Origin: Candidatus Hebobacteria bacterium
Lineage (GTDB): Bacteria > Armatimonadota > Hebobacteria > Hebobacterales > Hebobacteraceae
DNA length: 46,585 nucleotides
Assembly (NCBI GenBank): GCA_029821495.1
Contig: JALGTG010000003.1
Location: forward strand, 1 to 46,585
Direction of reading: 5' to 3'
This document shows, piece by piece, positions 25,202 to 33,897 of this stretch; position 1 is the first letter of the stretch; each line of letters begins with the position of its first letter. The notes beneath the pieces are model-generated. The model was not told where the DNA came from. It did not search any database and saw only the letters and a list, made by a program, of their open reading frames with translations. Made by a program: the position numbers and the translations under genes.

Positions 25202-26902
25202 ATGACAACAGCAGAGCTGGTCCGAGCACTGCGCCACGATTTCGGGGCGGCCATCCAGAGCGTGGAGGAGCCGGTTTCGGACAAGGTCCGGGTGGCGGTC
25301 ACGCCGGAGTCGGTGGTAGCCGTGGCAAAGTCACTCTACCGCGATTACGGTGCGCGCTTTCTGATCACCGCGGGCATAGACTCCCGGAAAGACCGGGACG
25401 GCTTCGATGTGGACCACATCTTCTCGCTCGACAAAGAGCAGATATTCTTCATCGTGCGGACCACTGTACCCTCCGATGGGCCGCATGTGGCGGCGATCAC
25501 TCCGGAGGTGCCGGCGGCGGCCTGGGCGGAGCGCGAGCTTCAGGACTTGCTGGGCGTGAAGGCCGACGGTCTCCTCGATGGAAGGCGGCTCATCCTTCCC
25601 GACGACTGGCCGGAGGGTGTGCATCCCCTTCGCAAGGACATCAAGTACGGAGACTGGCCGCCGCTGGGGGACGGGACGGGGGAGGCGACCTATCCGTGGA
25701 AGCCCGCGCCTGAGGGGACTTCGACGGTCGTGGTGGGTCCGTTCTTCCCCGTGCTTGAGGAGCCGACGCAGCTTCGGTTGTACGTGGACGGCGAGCGGGT
25801 GATAGACTGCGACTACCGGGGATTCTACAACCACCGCGCGATCGAGAAGATGGGGGACAGCGAGCTAACCTACAACGAGATCCCGTTTGTGGCGGAGAGG
25901 ATCTGTGGAATCTGTGGCTTCATCCACTCGAGCTGCTACTGTGAGGCCGCGGAGGAGGCGCTGGGCATAACCGCGCCGCGCCGCGCCCGGTACATCCGCT
26001 CGCTGATGCTCGAACTGGAGCGCATCCATTCTCACATGCTGTGGACGGGCATCGCGGGCCACATACTTGGCTTCGATACGGTGCTCATGCAGACATGGCG
26101 GATGCGCGAGCCGCTGATGTGGCTGTGCGAGAAGATCTCCGGGAACCGCAAGACCTACGGGATGAACATCATCGGCGGTGTGCGTCGAGACATCTCCAGG
26201 GATCTCTACCCGGAGATACTCTCGGTCGTCGAGAAGATCGAGCAGGAGTGGGCTCAGCTTTACGACGCCGTTCAGGGGGACACGATTCTCAAGGCGCGAC
26301 TGGTGGGAGTCGGGATGCTGCCCGAGGAGACGGCCAAGGCGCTCGCGGCAGTGGGTCCCACCGGCCGCGGCTCCAATCAAGCTATAGACGCGCGCGCAGA
26401 CCATCCGTACGCTGCATACGATGAGGTCCCGGCGAAGGTGATCACTCACCCCGACTGCGACAACTGGGCGCGAGTGGTGGTGCGGCTGGAGGAGACACTG
26501 GAGTCCGTTCGGTGGATCCGGGAGGGGCTGAAGGAGATGCCGGATGGCCCGGTCATGGCGACTGACATCGCGGAGACCGTGCCAGCAGGCCATTGGGGGG
26601 TTTGCACGGTCGAGGCGCCGAGGGGGGAGGCGATCCACTATCTGGTGACGGGGGGCGATAATCGGCCGGATCGCTGGCGGGTGCGAGCTCCGACCTACGC
26701 GAATCTTCAGGCCTTGCCGAGCATGATCAAGGACGAGACTATTGCAGATGTGCCGATTACCCTGGGGAGCATGGACCCCTGCTTTTCCTGCACGGAGCGG
26801 GTGGAGGTTGTGAACATGCGCTCCGGCGAGGCCGAGACACTCACCCATCAGGAGCTGCTGACCCGCTCGCGGGCGGCGACCGAGCGGCTCCGGGGACGCT
26901 GA
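25202..26902 (+). CDS. hycE: [NiFe]-hydrogenase large subunit, group 4 (NuoC-NuoD fusion, HycE/HyfG-like)
   Basis: 566 aa. N-terminal NuoC-like domain. NiFe ligand motif L1 RICGICGFIHS (about 25898-25930). L2 DPCFSCTER (26774-26800), followed by a 33-aa C-terminal extension (VEVVNMRSGEAETLTHQELL...) like the HycI-cleaved tail of HycE. ATG 25202. Confidence 0.92.
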   Translation: MTTAELVRALRHDFGAAIQSVEEPVSDKVRVAVTPESVVAVAKSLYRDYGARFLITAGIDSRKDRDGFDVDHIFSLDKEQIFFIVRTTVPSDGPHVAAITPEVPAAAWAERELQDLLGVKADGLLDGRRLILPDDWPEGVHPLRKDIKYGDWPPLGDGTGEATYPWKPAPEGTSTVVVGPFFPVLEEPTQLRLYVDGERVIDCDYRGFYNHRAIEKMGDSELTYNEIPFVAERICGICGFIHSSCYCEAAEEALGITAPRRARYIRSLMLELERIHSHMLWTGIAGHILGFDTVLMQTWRMREPLMWLCEKISGNRKTYGMNIIGGVRRDISRDLYPEILSVVEKIEQEWAQLYDAVQGDTILKARLVGVGMLPEETAKALAAVGPTGRGSNQAIDARADHPYAAYDEVPAKVITHPDCDNWARVVVRLEETLESVRWIREGLKEMPDGPVMATDIAETVPAGHWGVCTVEAPRGEAIHYLVTGGDNRPDRWRVRAPTYANLQALPSMIKDETIADVPITLGSMDPCFSCTERVEVVNMRSGEAETLTHQELLTRSRAATERLRGR

Positions 26903-26913
26903 GGAGGCAGGCC

Positions 26914-27822
26914 GTGGCGAGAGCGATTCTGGAGATCGTGCTGAGCCTGGTCATACTGATCGGCTTGGCTCCCCTGGCCGAGGGGCTGCTTCGTAAGCTC
27001 AAGGCCATCATCCACTCGCGCCAGGGGCCGCCGATCATCCAGCCCTATCTGGACATTGCCAAGCTGCTGGTGAAGGAGGACCTCGCGCCGACTGAGAGCT
27101 GGATGTGGCGCGTCGCACCGGCGCTGTGCTTGGGGGCGACAATTGTTGTCGCGATGTTGACACCGATCGGCGGGCCGCCGGCCTTCGCCTTTGGGGGGGA
27201 CATCATCGTCTTCATCTACTTCGCCTCCCTGGCCGCGGTGGCGATCATCCTCGGGGCATTCGCCTCCGGGAATCCGTACGCCTATGTCGGCGGGAGCCGC
27301 GAGATGATGATGATGCTCAGCGTAGAGCCCGTGATGACCATTGCTCTCGCGGTGGCAGCCATCAAGGCTCAGACGCTGACCTTCGACGGCCTCATGGCGA
27401 GTCCAGTCACGAGCACTCCCTCCATCTCGATGGTGGTGGCGGGAGTTGCGTTCCTCCTCGCGCTGCAGGCTCAGTTGGGCAAGCTGCCCTTCGACATAGC
27501 GGAGGCGGATCAGGAGATCATGGAGGGCCCGTTCATCGAGCGGAGCGGGCCTGGGTTCGCGCTCTTCCGATGGGCGATGCACGCGCGGTTGATGATCTTC
27601 AGCGCGGTGCTGGTGAGCGTTTTCGTGCCGCTGCCCAACCTAGGCATCCCGGTGCTGAACATGGTGCTGACACTGGCGGTGATGGGGGTCGTGCTGGCGC
27701 TGGTGGGAGTGGTCGATGTAGTCAATCCCAGGCTGCGCATTGACCAATCGATGGCCTACTACGCCCGTGTCGTTGTGTTCGTCTCAGTGCTTGCTCTGGC
27801 GCTGGCGATTGTGGGGCACTGA
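26914..27822 (+). CDS. hycD: NuoH-like membrane subunit (HycD/HyfC-like)
   Basis: 302 aa polytopic. GLLRKLKAIIHSRQGPPIIQPYLDIAKLLVKED; PFDIAEADQEIMEGP (the conserved NuoH/HycD loop). Confidence 0.85.
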   Translation: MARAILEIVLSLVILIGLAPLAEGLLRKLKAIIHSRQGPPIIQPYLDIAKLLVKEDLAPTESWMWRVAPALCLGATIVVAMLTPIGGPPAFAFGGDIIVFIYFASLAAVAIILGAFASGNPYAYVGGSREMMMMLSVEPVMTIALAVAAIKAQTLTFDGLMASPVTSTPSISMVVAGVAFLLALQAQLGKLPFDIAEADQEIMEGPFIERSGPGFALFRWAMHARLMIFSAVLVSVFVPLPNLGIPVLNMVLTLAVMGVVLALVGVVDVVNPRLRIDQSMAYYARVVVFVSVLALALAIVGH

Positions 27823-27837
27823 GAGAGGAAAGAGCCG

Positions 27838-28293
27838 ATGATCATCAGCAAGTTGAAGGAAGCTCTGATCTGCTTCAAGGCGGGCCGAGTAACGCTGCCC
27901 TATCCGTTCGCGCCCCACGATCCCGAGGACGGATTCCACGGGCGGGTCGTCGTGGACGCGGAGAAGTGCGTAGGGTGCGGCGGATGTGCAGAGGTGTGCC
28001 CGCCGCGGTGCATTGAGGTGTCGGATCCAGACCCGGACAGACGCGTGCTGGATTTCCTTCTGGAGCGCTGCACCTACTGCGCGCGCTGCGCGGAGGTGTG
28101 TCCCGAAGAGGCGGTCACGGTGACGAAGGAATACGAGACCGCCACCAATGACCTCAATGACATGCACATGCACATCGAGGTCTTCATGAGCACCTGTCGT
28201 CGGTGCGGACGCTGCTATGAGCCGCCTACGCCGCTCGACCGCTTGATGGTTACGGGATTCCGCCCGCCGACGGGTAAGAGCGAGGAAGCCTGA
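27838..28293 (+). CDS. hycF: 2x[4Fe-4S] ferredoxin-type subunit (NuoI/HycF-like)
   Basis: CVGCGGCAEVCPPRCI and CTYCARCAEVCPEEAV, plus C-terminal CRRCGRC. Confidence 0.85.
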   Translation: MIISKLKEALICFKAGRVTLPYPFAPHDPEDGFHGRVVVDAEKCVGCGGCAEVCPPRCIEVSDPDPDRRVLDFLLERCTYCARCAEVCPEEAVTVTKEYETATNDLNDMHMHIEVFMSTCRRCGRCYEPPTPLDRLMVTGFRPPTGKSEEA

Positions 28294-28955
28294 TGTACAA
28301 CGTGCGGCTGATCGAGACCCTCAGCCTGATAATGATCGTCACCTCCATGGCGGCGGTGGAGAGCCAGAACCTCAAGCGCGCGACCACGGCCTACTGCATC
28401 CAGGCACTGCTGATCTGCGGACTGATCCTCACCTTCGCGGTGGGCAATCCGGCGCTGTACGCGTGGGCGGCCGTCGCCCTTGTGACGAAGGCCGTCATCA
28501 CTCCCTGGCTGCTGCTCCACTACATAGGCAAAACGGGGGAGAAGGAAGTGCGAGCCATCATCGGGTTCGGGCCGTCGGTGCTGCTGGTCTCGGCCGTGTT
28601 GATCGCCTCGTACGGGCTCACTCACCGGTACGTGCACTTCCTGGCGCCGACGGTGCAGGCCACCGAAGGAGCCTTCCGCACAAACCTGGCCGTGAGCATG
28701 ACGGTCTTCGCACTGGGCCTGTATGCCATTCTGTCCAGGCGTGATGCGATCAAGACTGTCATCGGCCTGTGTCTGCTTGAGAACGCGATCCATCTGAGCC
28801 TGGTGAGCCTGGCGCCGGAGCTGCGAGAGACAGCGCTCGTTGGCATTGCCACGGAGGTCGTAATAACGGTGGCGATGCTGCTCTACGTGATCGCGGGGAT
28901 CCGAGAGCAGATCGGCACGACCGACACTTTTGAGATGTCCGAGCTTCACTGGTAG
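28293..28955 (+). CDS. hyfE: HyfE-like (NuoK-related) membrane subunit
   Basis: 220 aa, about seven hydrophobic helices. Size and position match HyfE. The ATG overlaps the upstream TGA (TGATG). Confidence 0.7.
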   Translation: MYNVRLIETLSLIMIVTSMAAVESQNLKRATTAYCIQALLICGLILTFAVGNPALYAWAAVALVTKAVITPWLLLHYIGKTGEKEVRAIIGFGPSVLLVSAVLIASYGLTHRYVHFLAPTVQATEGAFRTNLAVSMTVFALGLYAILSRRDAIKTVIGLCLLENAIHLSLVSLAPELRETALVGIATEVVITVAMLLYVIAGIREQIGTTDTFEMSELHW

Positions 28956-28970
28956 AGGAGGACAAGGGGC

Positions 28971-30527
28971 ATGCCCGAAGTCCCGTCGTTGCTGCCGCTG
29001 GCGATTTGTGTTGTTCCCGCCGTCCTGGCGATACTGGCCTACCCTCTAGCTAGGCTTTCGCGCCCGCTCGGGCCGGTTCTGAATCTGCTGGGCGCTGGCG
29101 CAGCCCTGGTGTTGTCAGTGCTCTTGATGGTCCACGCAGTGCAGGGAAGAGTCCTGGTGAGCCTCTCTCGGGAGCTGCGCGCGGATGCTCTGTCGGCCCT
29201 GCTGGTCCTTGCTATCAGTGGGGTTGCGCTCGCAACGGCGATCTACGCGTTTCCTTACATGCGGCTTCAACCTCTTCTCGACCGTGTCAGCCACGCCGCC
29301 GGGGAGGATGTGACGAGGCGACGGCTGGCGGGCTTCTACGCACTCTCCCTCGCCTTCCTCACCACCATGTTGTGGGCCTGTCTCACCAATAACATCATCA
29401 TGCTATATGTTGCAGTGGAGGCAAGCACCATCGCCTCCGGACTGCTGGTCGCGTTCTACTGGGATCGCCGCTCCCTGGAGGCGGCCTACAAGTACCTCCT
29501 CCTGCTGACGGTGGGTATCGCCTTCGCTCTGTTCGGCTGTGTGCTTCTTTACGCCTCCGCAGCCCCCTACATCTCGGGTGAAGGCGGCGTACGCGGCATG
29601 CTGATCACCGACCTCGCCCAGGTGGCCGTCCATATACGACCTGGGATAGCGCTCCTCATCATCTCCTTCTTCATTGTGGGATTCGGGACGAAGGCCGGCA
29701 TCGCGCCCTTCCATCCGTGGCTGCCGGATGCCCATGCAGAAGCGCCGAGCACGATCAGCGCGCTGCTGTCCGGCGTCATGATAAAGATGGCGATCTACGC
29801 GCTGGCCCGGACACTCTTGATCTTCTTCCCGGTGGCGGCCTATAGCCCGGTCTCGCTCTTCCTGATCGTGCTGGCCGCGTTCACCATGCTGCTGGGTGGC
29901 GTCATGTGCCTGGCCCAGGACGATCTCAAACGAATGCTCGCCTATTCGTCTGTCAGCCAGATTGGGTACATCGTACTGGGCATCGGTTTGGCGGGCGTGG
30001 GCTTTGGGCACTCCGCGGGCTACCTGGGTGGATACGGAGGTCTCTTCCACCTCCTCAACCACGCGCTCTGCAAGGCCACGCTCTTCTTGGCCGTGGGCGC
30101 CATCATCTACTGCATGGCCGGCACTCGGCGCATGAGCGAACTGGGAGGGCTTGCGCGACGCATGCCGGTAACCGCGGTGATGTTCTTCATAGCAGCATTT
30201 GCCATCTCGGGCATGCCGCCGTTCAATGGCTTCTGGAGCAAGCTGACGCTCTACCTGGCCGCGGCAAAGGCGGAACTGTGGTGGGCCCTCGCCATTGCGG
30301 TACTCACCAGTGTGCTTACGCTGATCGCGTTTATCCGAGCCGGATACCTGGTATTCTGGAACGACGGCAACGGGCAAGCGAACGAGATAGAGGTAAGAGA
30401 CGCTCCGCTCGCGATGGCGATTCCGATGGGCATTCTTGCGGCACTGTGTGTGGTGATTGGGCTCTATCCTCAGCTTGTCCATCCCTTGCTGGACCCCGCT
30501 GCTCGCGTGCTAGCGAGTGTGTTCTGA
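28971..30527 (+). CDS. hyfF: Antiporter-like (NuoM/N family) membrane subunit, HyfF-like
   Basis: KAGIAPFHPWLPDAHAEAPSTISALLSGVMIKMAIYAL; RMLAYSSVSQIGYIVLG; FHLLNHALCKATLFL. Confidence 0.85.
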   Translation: MPEVPSLLPLAICVVPAVLAILAYPLARLSRPLGPVLNLLGAGAALVLSVLLMVHAVQGRVLVSLSRELRADALSALLVLAISGVALATAIYAFPYMRLQPLLDRVSHAAGEDVTRRRLAGFYALSLAFLTTMLWACLTNNIIMLYVAVEASTIASGLLVAFYWDRRSLEAAYKYLLLLTVGIAFALFGCVLLYASAAPYISGEGGVRGMLITDLAQVAVHIRPGIALLIISFFIVGFGTKAGIAPFHPWLPDAHAEAPSTISALLSGVMIKMAIYALARTLLIFFPVAAYSPVSLFLIVLAAFTMLLGGVMCLAQDDLKRMLAYSSVSQIGYIVLGIGLAGVGFGHSAGYLGGYGGLFHLLNHALCKATLFLAVGAIIYCMAGTRRMSELGGLARRMPVTAVMFFIAAFAISGMPPFNGFWSKLTLYLAAAKAELWWALAIAVLTSVLTLIAFIRAGYLVFWNDGNGQANEIEVRDAPLAMAIPMGILAALCVVIGLYPQLVHPLLDPAARVLASVF

Positions 30528-30547
30528 TCTAGACTTGGAGGTCGCCG

Positions 30548-31057
30548 ATGGCGATTAAGGACTACCTGACCAAGCTGTTCCCGAAGTCGCTTTGGGTCTA
30601 CCACGTTAATACGGGGGCCTGCAACGGGTGCGACATTGAGGTGATAAACGTGCTGACGCCGTATTACGACGCCGAGCGCTTTGGGATCAAGCTCGTCGGG
30701 TCCCCGCGTCACGCGGATGTGCTTCTCGTTTGCGGCCCGGTGAGCCGTCAGGTCGCGTCTGCAGTTCGGCGCGTGTACGAGGCCACGCCTTCGCCCAAGC
30801 TCGTTTTCGCCATTGGGTCGTGCGCCTGCGGCGGCGGGATATGGCACGATAGCTACAACATCCTGGGCGGCGCGGAATCAGTGCTGCCTGTGGACTACTA
30901 CGTTCCGGGATGCCCGCCCAGGCCCGAGGCCATCCTGTATGGAGTCGCCGTAGCCCTGGGTATTCTCCCGAAGAAGACCGCGCCCGTCGTCGCTCGACAG
31001 AAGTTCCTCGACGTGGTCGAGGCGAACTCCGGCGAGGCAATCTCCCCAGAGGGCTAG
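30548..31057 (+). CDS. hycG: [NiFe]-hydrogenase small subunit, group 4 (NuoB/HycG-like)
   Basis: Proximal-cluster cysteines in GACNGCDIE, GSCACGGGIW and VPGCPPRPEAIL. Confidence 0.9.
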   Translation: MAIKDYLTKLFPKSLWVYHVNTGACNGCDIEVINVLTPYYDAERFGIKLVGSPRHADVLLVCGPVSRQVASAVRRVYEATPSPKLVFAIGSCACGGGIWHDSYNILGGAESVLPVDYYVPGCPPRPEAILYGVAVALGILPKKTAPVVARQKFLDVVEANSGEAISPEG

Positions 31058-31117
31058 GCTTCGGGGCACGGAACACCGCCGGCAGGAACCGGGGCATCTC
31101 CGGTAGAACTACCAAGC

Positions 31118-33571
31118 TTGGCCATGACGGCCTGGGCGAGGAGATGCTTCCTAGTTGGACTCCTGGCGATGGTTCCTCCGCAGATGTTGGGCGCGGCGAG
31201 AGCCGCCGCGCAGACACTGCCCGGGGACAGCTTTGCACTCGGCCCGGTCATCGCCCAATTGCAGCACGGGCCCACCCAGCAAGCGCAGCGCGACGCGCTG
31301 ACCCAGTGCAGCCCCCTGCCCCCCGGCCTTCTCGACTCGCTCGACATTGCTCTGGCCGCGCCGAACGACCCCGCCTATCACGAACTCATCGGTGATCTCC
31401 ACCTGCAGTGGCCGGCCCATTCCCTGGATGCCCTGGCGGCCTGGGCCTACTATCCGGGCCGGTACTTCGATGCCGCTACACGGCCCCAGGATGGTCCCGT
31501 CGTGGCCCTCATCGACACGGGGGTGGACGCCGCGCATCCCGACTTCATCAACCCAGGCGCCTCGAGTGCCGACGTGCACGACGGCGGCCAGCTCCTGTTG
31601 GGAATCGCGCGGACGTTCATCGGCGGCGACCCGGAAGACGAGACCGCTGATGTGACCGACGAGCACGGGCACGGGACGCACCTTGCGGGGCTGATCGGTG
31701 CCGCGACCGACAACGGGACGACGGCGGGTAGCGGCATCGCCGGCATTGGGTATCCTGTGCGTCTGCTTCCGCTTAAGGTCGCAGAAGCGAACGGGGCGGC
31801 CACGCACGCGGACATCGCGCGCGCGATCACTCATGCCGCCAATCAGGGATGCTCGATCATCCTGACAGGATTCTCGGGTCCTACGTGGTCTCAGGCTCTC
31901 CAAGACGCAGTGGACTATGCTTGGCACCGGGGCTGTTTCATCGTGGCTCCCGCGGGCGATACCGGCGCCGCAGAACCAGTCTTCCCCGCCGCGTGCCCTC
32001 ACGTCTTCGGGGTCGCCGCGACAACTGCATCCGGCTCGCGTGCTGACTACTCGAGCAGAGGCGGACACGTCGCGGTCGCGGCTCCCGGTGGCGATGAAGC
32101 CGCCGGCATCTACTCGACCCTGCCCACATATGCGTGCACTCTGAGGCAGGACCTCAGCGGGAACCCGTACGGGTACGCTTTCGGGACCTCCCAGGCGGCC
32201 GCGCACGTCGCCGCGGGGGCTGCCCTCTACGCGGGCATGAACGACGTTCGGCCCAGTACCGGGCGCGAGGGAACAGAGATCTGGCAGGCGCTGCAGCGCA
32301 GCGCGGCCGCGGGGGAGGCGGCCCCGGCTGGGTGGGACCCAGGGCGAGGGTATGGAGCGCTCAGTCTGCCGGCTCTCCTGGCAGGCGCTGCACCGATGGG
32401 TGATGGCCTAGGCAGCATCGTGGGGCGGGTGCTGCTGCGGGGAAGCCCGGCCCTGGGCGCGTCGGTCGCCGCGGTGCCGCAGGAGGGAGGGGCGGCCATC
32501 AGTGTCGCCGCGCAGTGGCCGGCGGGAGCATATCGCATCGCAAACCTGCCTCCTGGGAGCTATCGCGTCACAGCTCAATCTGAAGACTCGTGTGCCGAGC
32601 GAGAGGCGGTCACGGTTCTGGAGGGAGCGGACGCACCGGGCGTGGACTTCCGGCTTAGCGATCCGCCGGCCGATGCCATGCCGGTTTCAGCACAGATCCC
32701 TGCGGCTGCGGTTCGCGGCGAAACGCTGACTCTCTGTCTCACCTTCGCGAACACCGGCGAGTCCACATGGCGGCGTGCGGACGGCTACTGCCTGGCACAA
32801 GCTGCGTGCCAGGCGCCGATAGATCCCGTGCTCAATCGTGTGGAATTGCTGCCGGGCGAGGCAATCGCACCTGGGCATGAGCACTCGTTTCTGCTCTCTC
32901 TCTCCGTCCCGGATGGGTTCGGCTTCTACGAAACTGCGTGGCAGATGTGCCAGGAAGGCGGTGCCGGGCGCTTCGGCGATGCTGTGAGGGCGACCATCAG
33001 CGTGAGTTCCTTCCTGGATGTGCCGGCCGACCACTGGGCCGTATGCGAGATCGAGGCCGCAAAGCAGGCCGATATCGTTCGTGGATATGGCGATCACCTG
33101 TTCCGCCCGGCGTCGCCGGTCGCTCGCGATCAGATGGCCGTCTACATCGCGCGCGCGCTGGCGGAGGGTGACGAGGCAGTGCCGCCCGGGCCGAACGAGC
33201 CTACGTTCGTAGATGTGGGGTTGGACCACTGGGCCTGGCGGTACATCGAGTATGCGCATGAGTGCGAGATCGTGCAGGGCTACGAAGACGGCTCATATCA
33301 TCCGGGCGACCTGCTGGACCGGGCGCAGATGTCGGTGTTCATAGCGCGCGCGCTGGCGGGGGGAGAGAGTGGGCTCAGCGAGTACGTGCCCCCTGAAGCG
33401 CCGACCTTCGCCGACGTGCCTACAGACTCGTGGGCCTACAGGAGTGTAGAGTACCTGGCCGGCGCGGGTGTGGTCTCCGGGTACCCGGACGACCTGTACC
33501 ACCCAAACCGTCCTTGCTCTCGGGACCAGATGGCCGTCTACATTACCCGGGCCTTCAACCTGGACTGCTAG
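31118..33571 (+). CDS. Secreted subtilisin-like (S8) serine protease with a CarboxypepD_reg-like domain, an NBR1-like Ig domain and three C-terminal SLH domains
   Basis: Signal peptide. Catalytic D (VALIDTGVDAAHPDF), H (HGHGTHLAGLIGA) and S (GTSQAAAHVAAGAAL). Three SLH repeats (FLDVPADHWA..., FVDVGLDHWAW..., FADVPTDSWAY...). Start is TTG 31118 or ATG 31124. Confidence 0.88.
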   Translation: MAMTAWARRCFLVGLLAMVPPQMLGAARAAAQTLPGDSFALGPVIAQLQHGPTQQAQRDALTQCSPLPPGLLDSLDIALAAPNDPAYHELIGDLHLQWPAHSLDALAAWAYYPGRYFDAATRPQDGPVVALIDTGVDAAHPDFINPGASSADVHDGGQLLLGIARTFIGGDPEDETADVTDEHGHGTHLAGLIGAATDNGTTAGSGIAGIGYPVRLLPLKVAEANGAATHADIARAITHAANQGCSIILTGFSGPTWSQALQDAVDYAWHRGCFIVAPAGDTGAAEPVFPAACPHVFGVAATTASGSRADYSSRGGHVAVAAPGGDEAAGIYSTLPTYACTLRQDLSGNPYGYAFGTSQAAAHVAAGAALYAGMNDVRPSTGREGTEIWQALQRSAAAGEAAPAGWDPGRGYGALSLPALLAGAAPMGDGLGSIVGRVLLRGSPALGASVAAVPQEGGAAISVAAQWPAGAYRIANLPPGSYRVTAQSEDSCAEREAVTVLEGADAPGVDFRLSDPPADAMPVSAQIPAAAVRGETLTLCLTFANTGESTWRRADGYCLAQAACQAPIDPVLNRVELLPGEAIAPGHEHSFLLSLSVPDGFGFYETAWQMCQEGGAGRFGDAVRATISVSSFLDVPADHWAVCEIEAAKQADIVRGYGDHLFRPASPVARDQMAVYIARALAEGDEAVPPGPNEPTFVDVGLDHWAWRYIEYAHECEIVQGYEDGSYHPGDLLDRAQMSVFIARALAGGESGLSEYVPPEAPTFADVPTDSWAYRSVEYLAGAGVVSGYPDDLYHPNRPCSRDQMAVYITRAFNLDC

Positions 33572-33779
33572 GACTCCTGGCGGTTCGCGGCCGCCAGCGT
33601 CTCGCGGATAGGTGGGCAGTTGGGCGGCGCTACTCGTCCTCGGCCGTGGTGCGCCCCATTCTCTCCTCTCGCAGCTCTCTGGCGCCACTCCCGCCGCTTG
33701 CTTCCCTGGGGCGAGCCCTCGGGCCAGCCTACCTGTCATCTATGTATGATAACTGAGGAATACCGGGCACTGGGCCGCG

Positions 33780-33809
33780 TTGACTGTGCGCCGCGCGGCG
33801 TGCTATGAT
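33780..33809 (+). promoter_or_regulatory. Sigma70-type extended -10 promoter for the Ig/LysM gene
   Basis: TTGACT (33780-33785), 18-nt spacer ending in TGc, TATGAT (33804-33809). Confidence 0.5.
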
Positions 33810-33897
33810 GCGAGTGCTCGCTGGGGACGGATCCGGCGGGTGCCTGGGCGTCCTCGGATCGCCGGGACGCTCGAGATGCAGTATAAGGAGCGCCGCC

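Noticed and set aside
33577-33597. 7-bp hairpin ctggcgg/ccgccag just after the S8 protease stop codon as an intrinsic terminator
   Set aside because: No T/U tract follows, so it was not called as a terminator.
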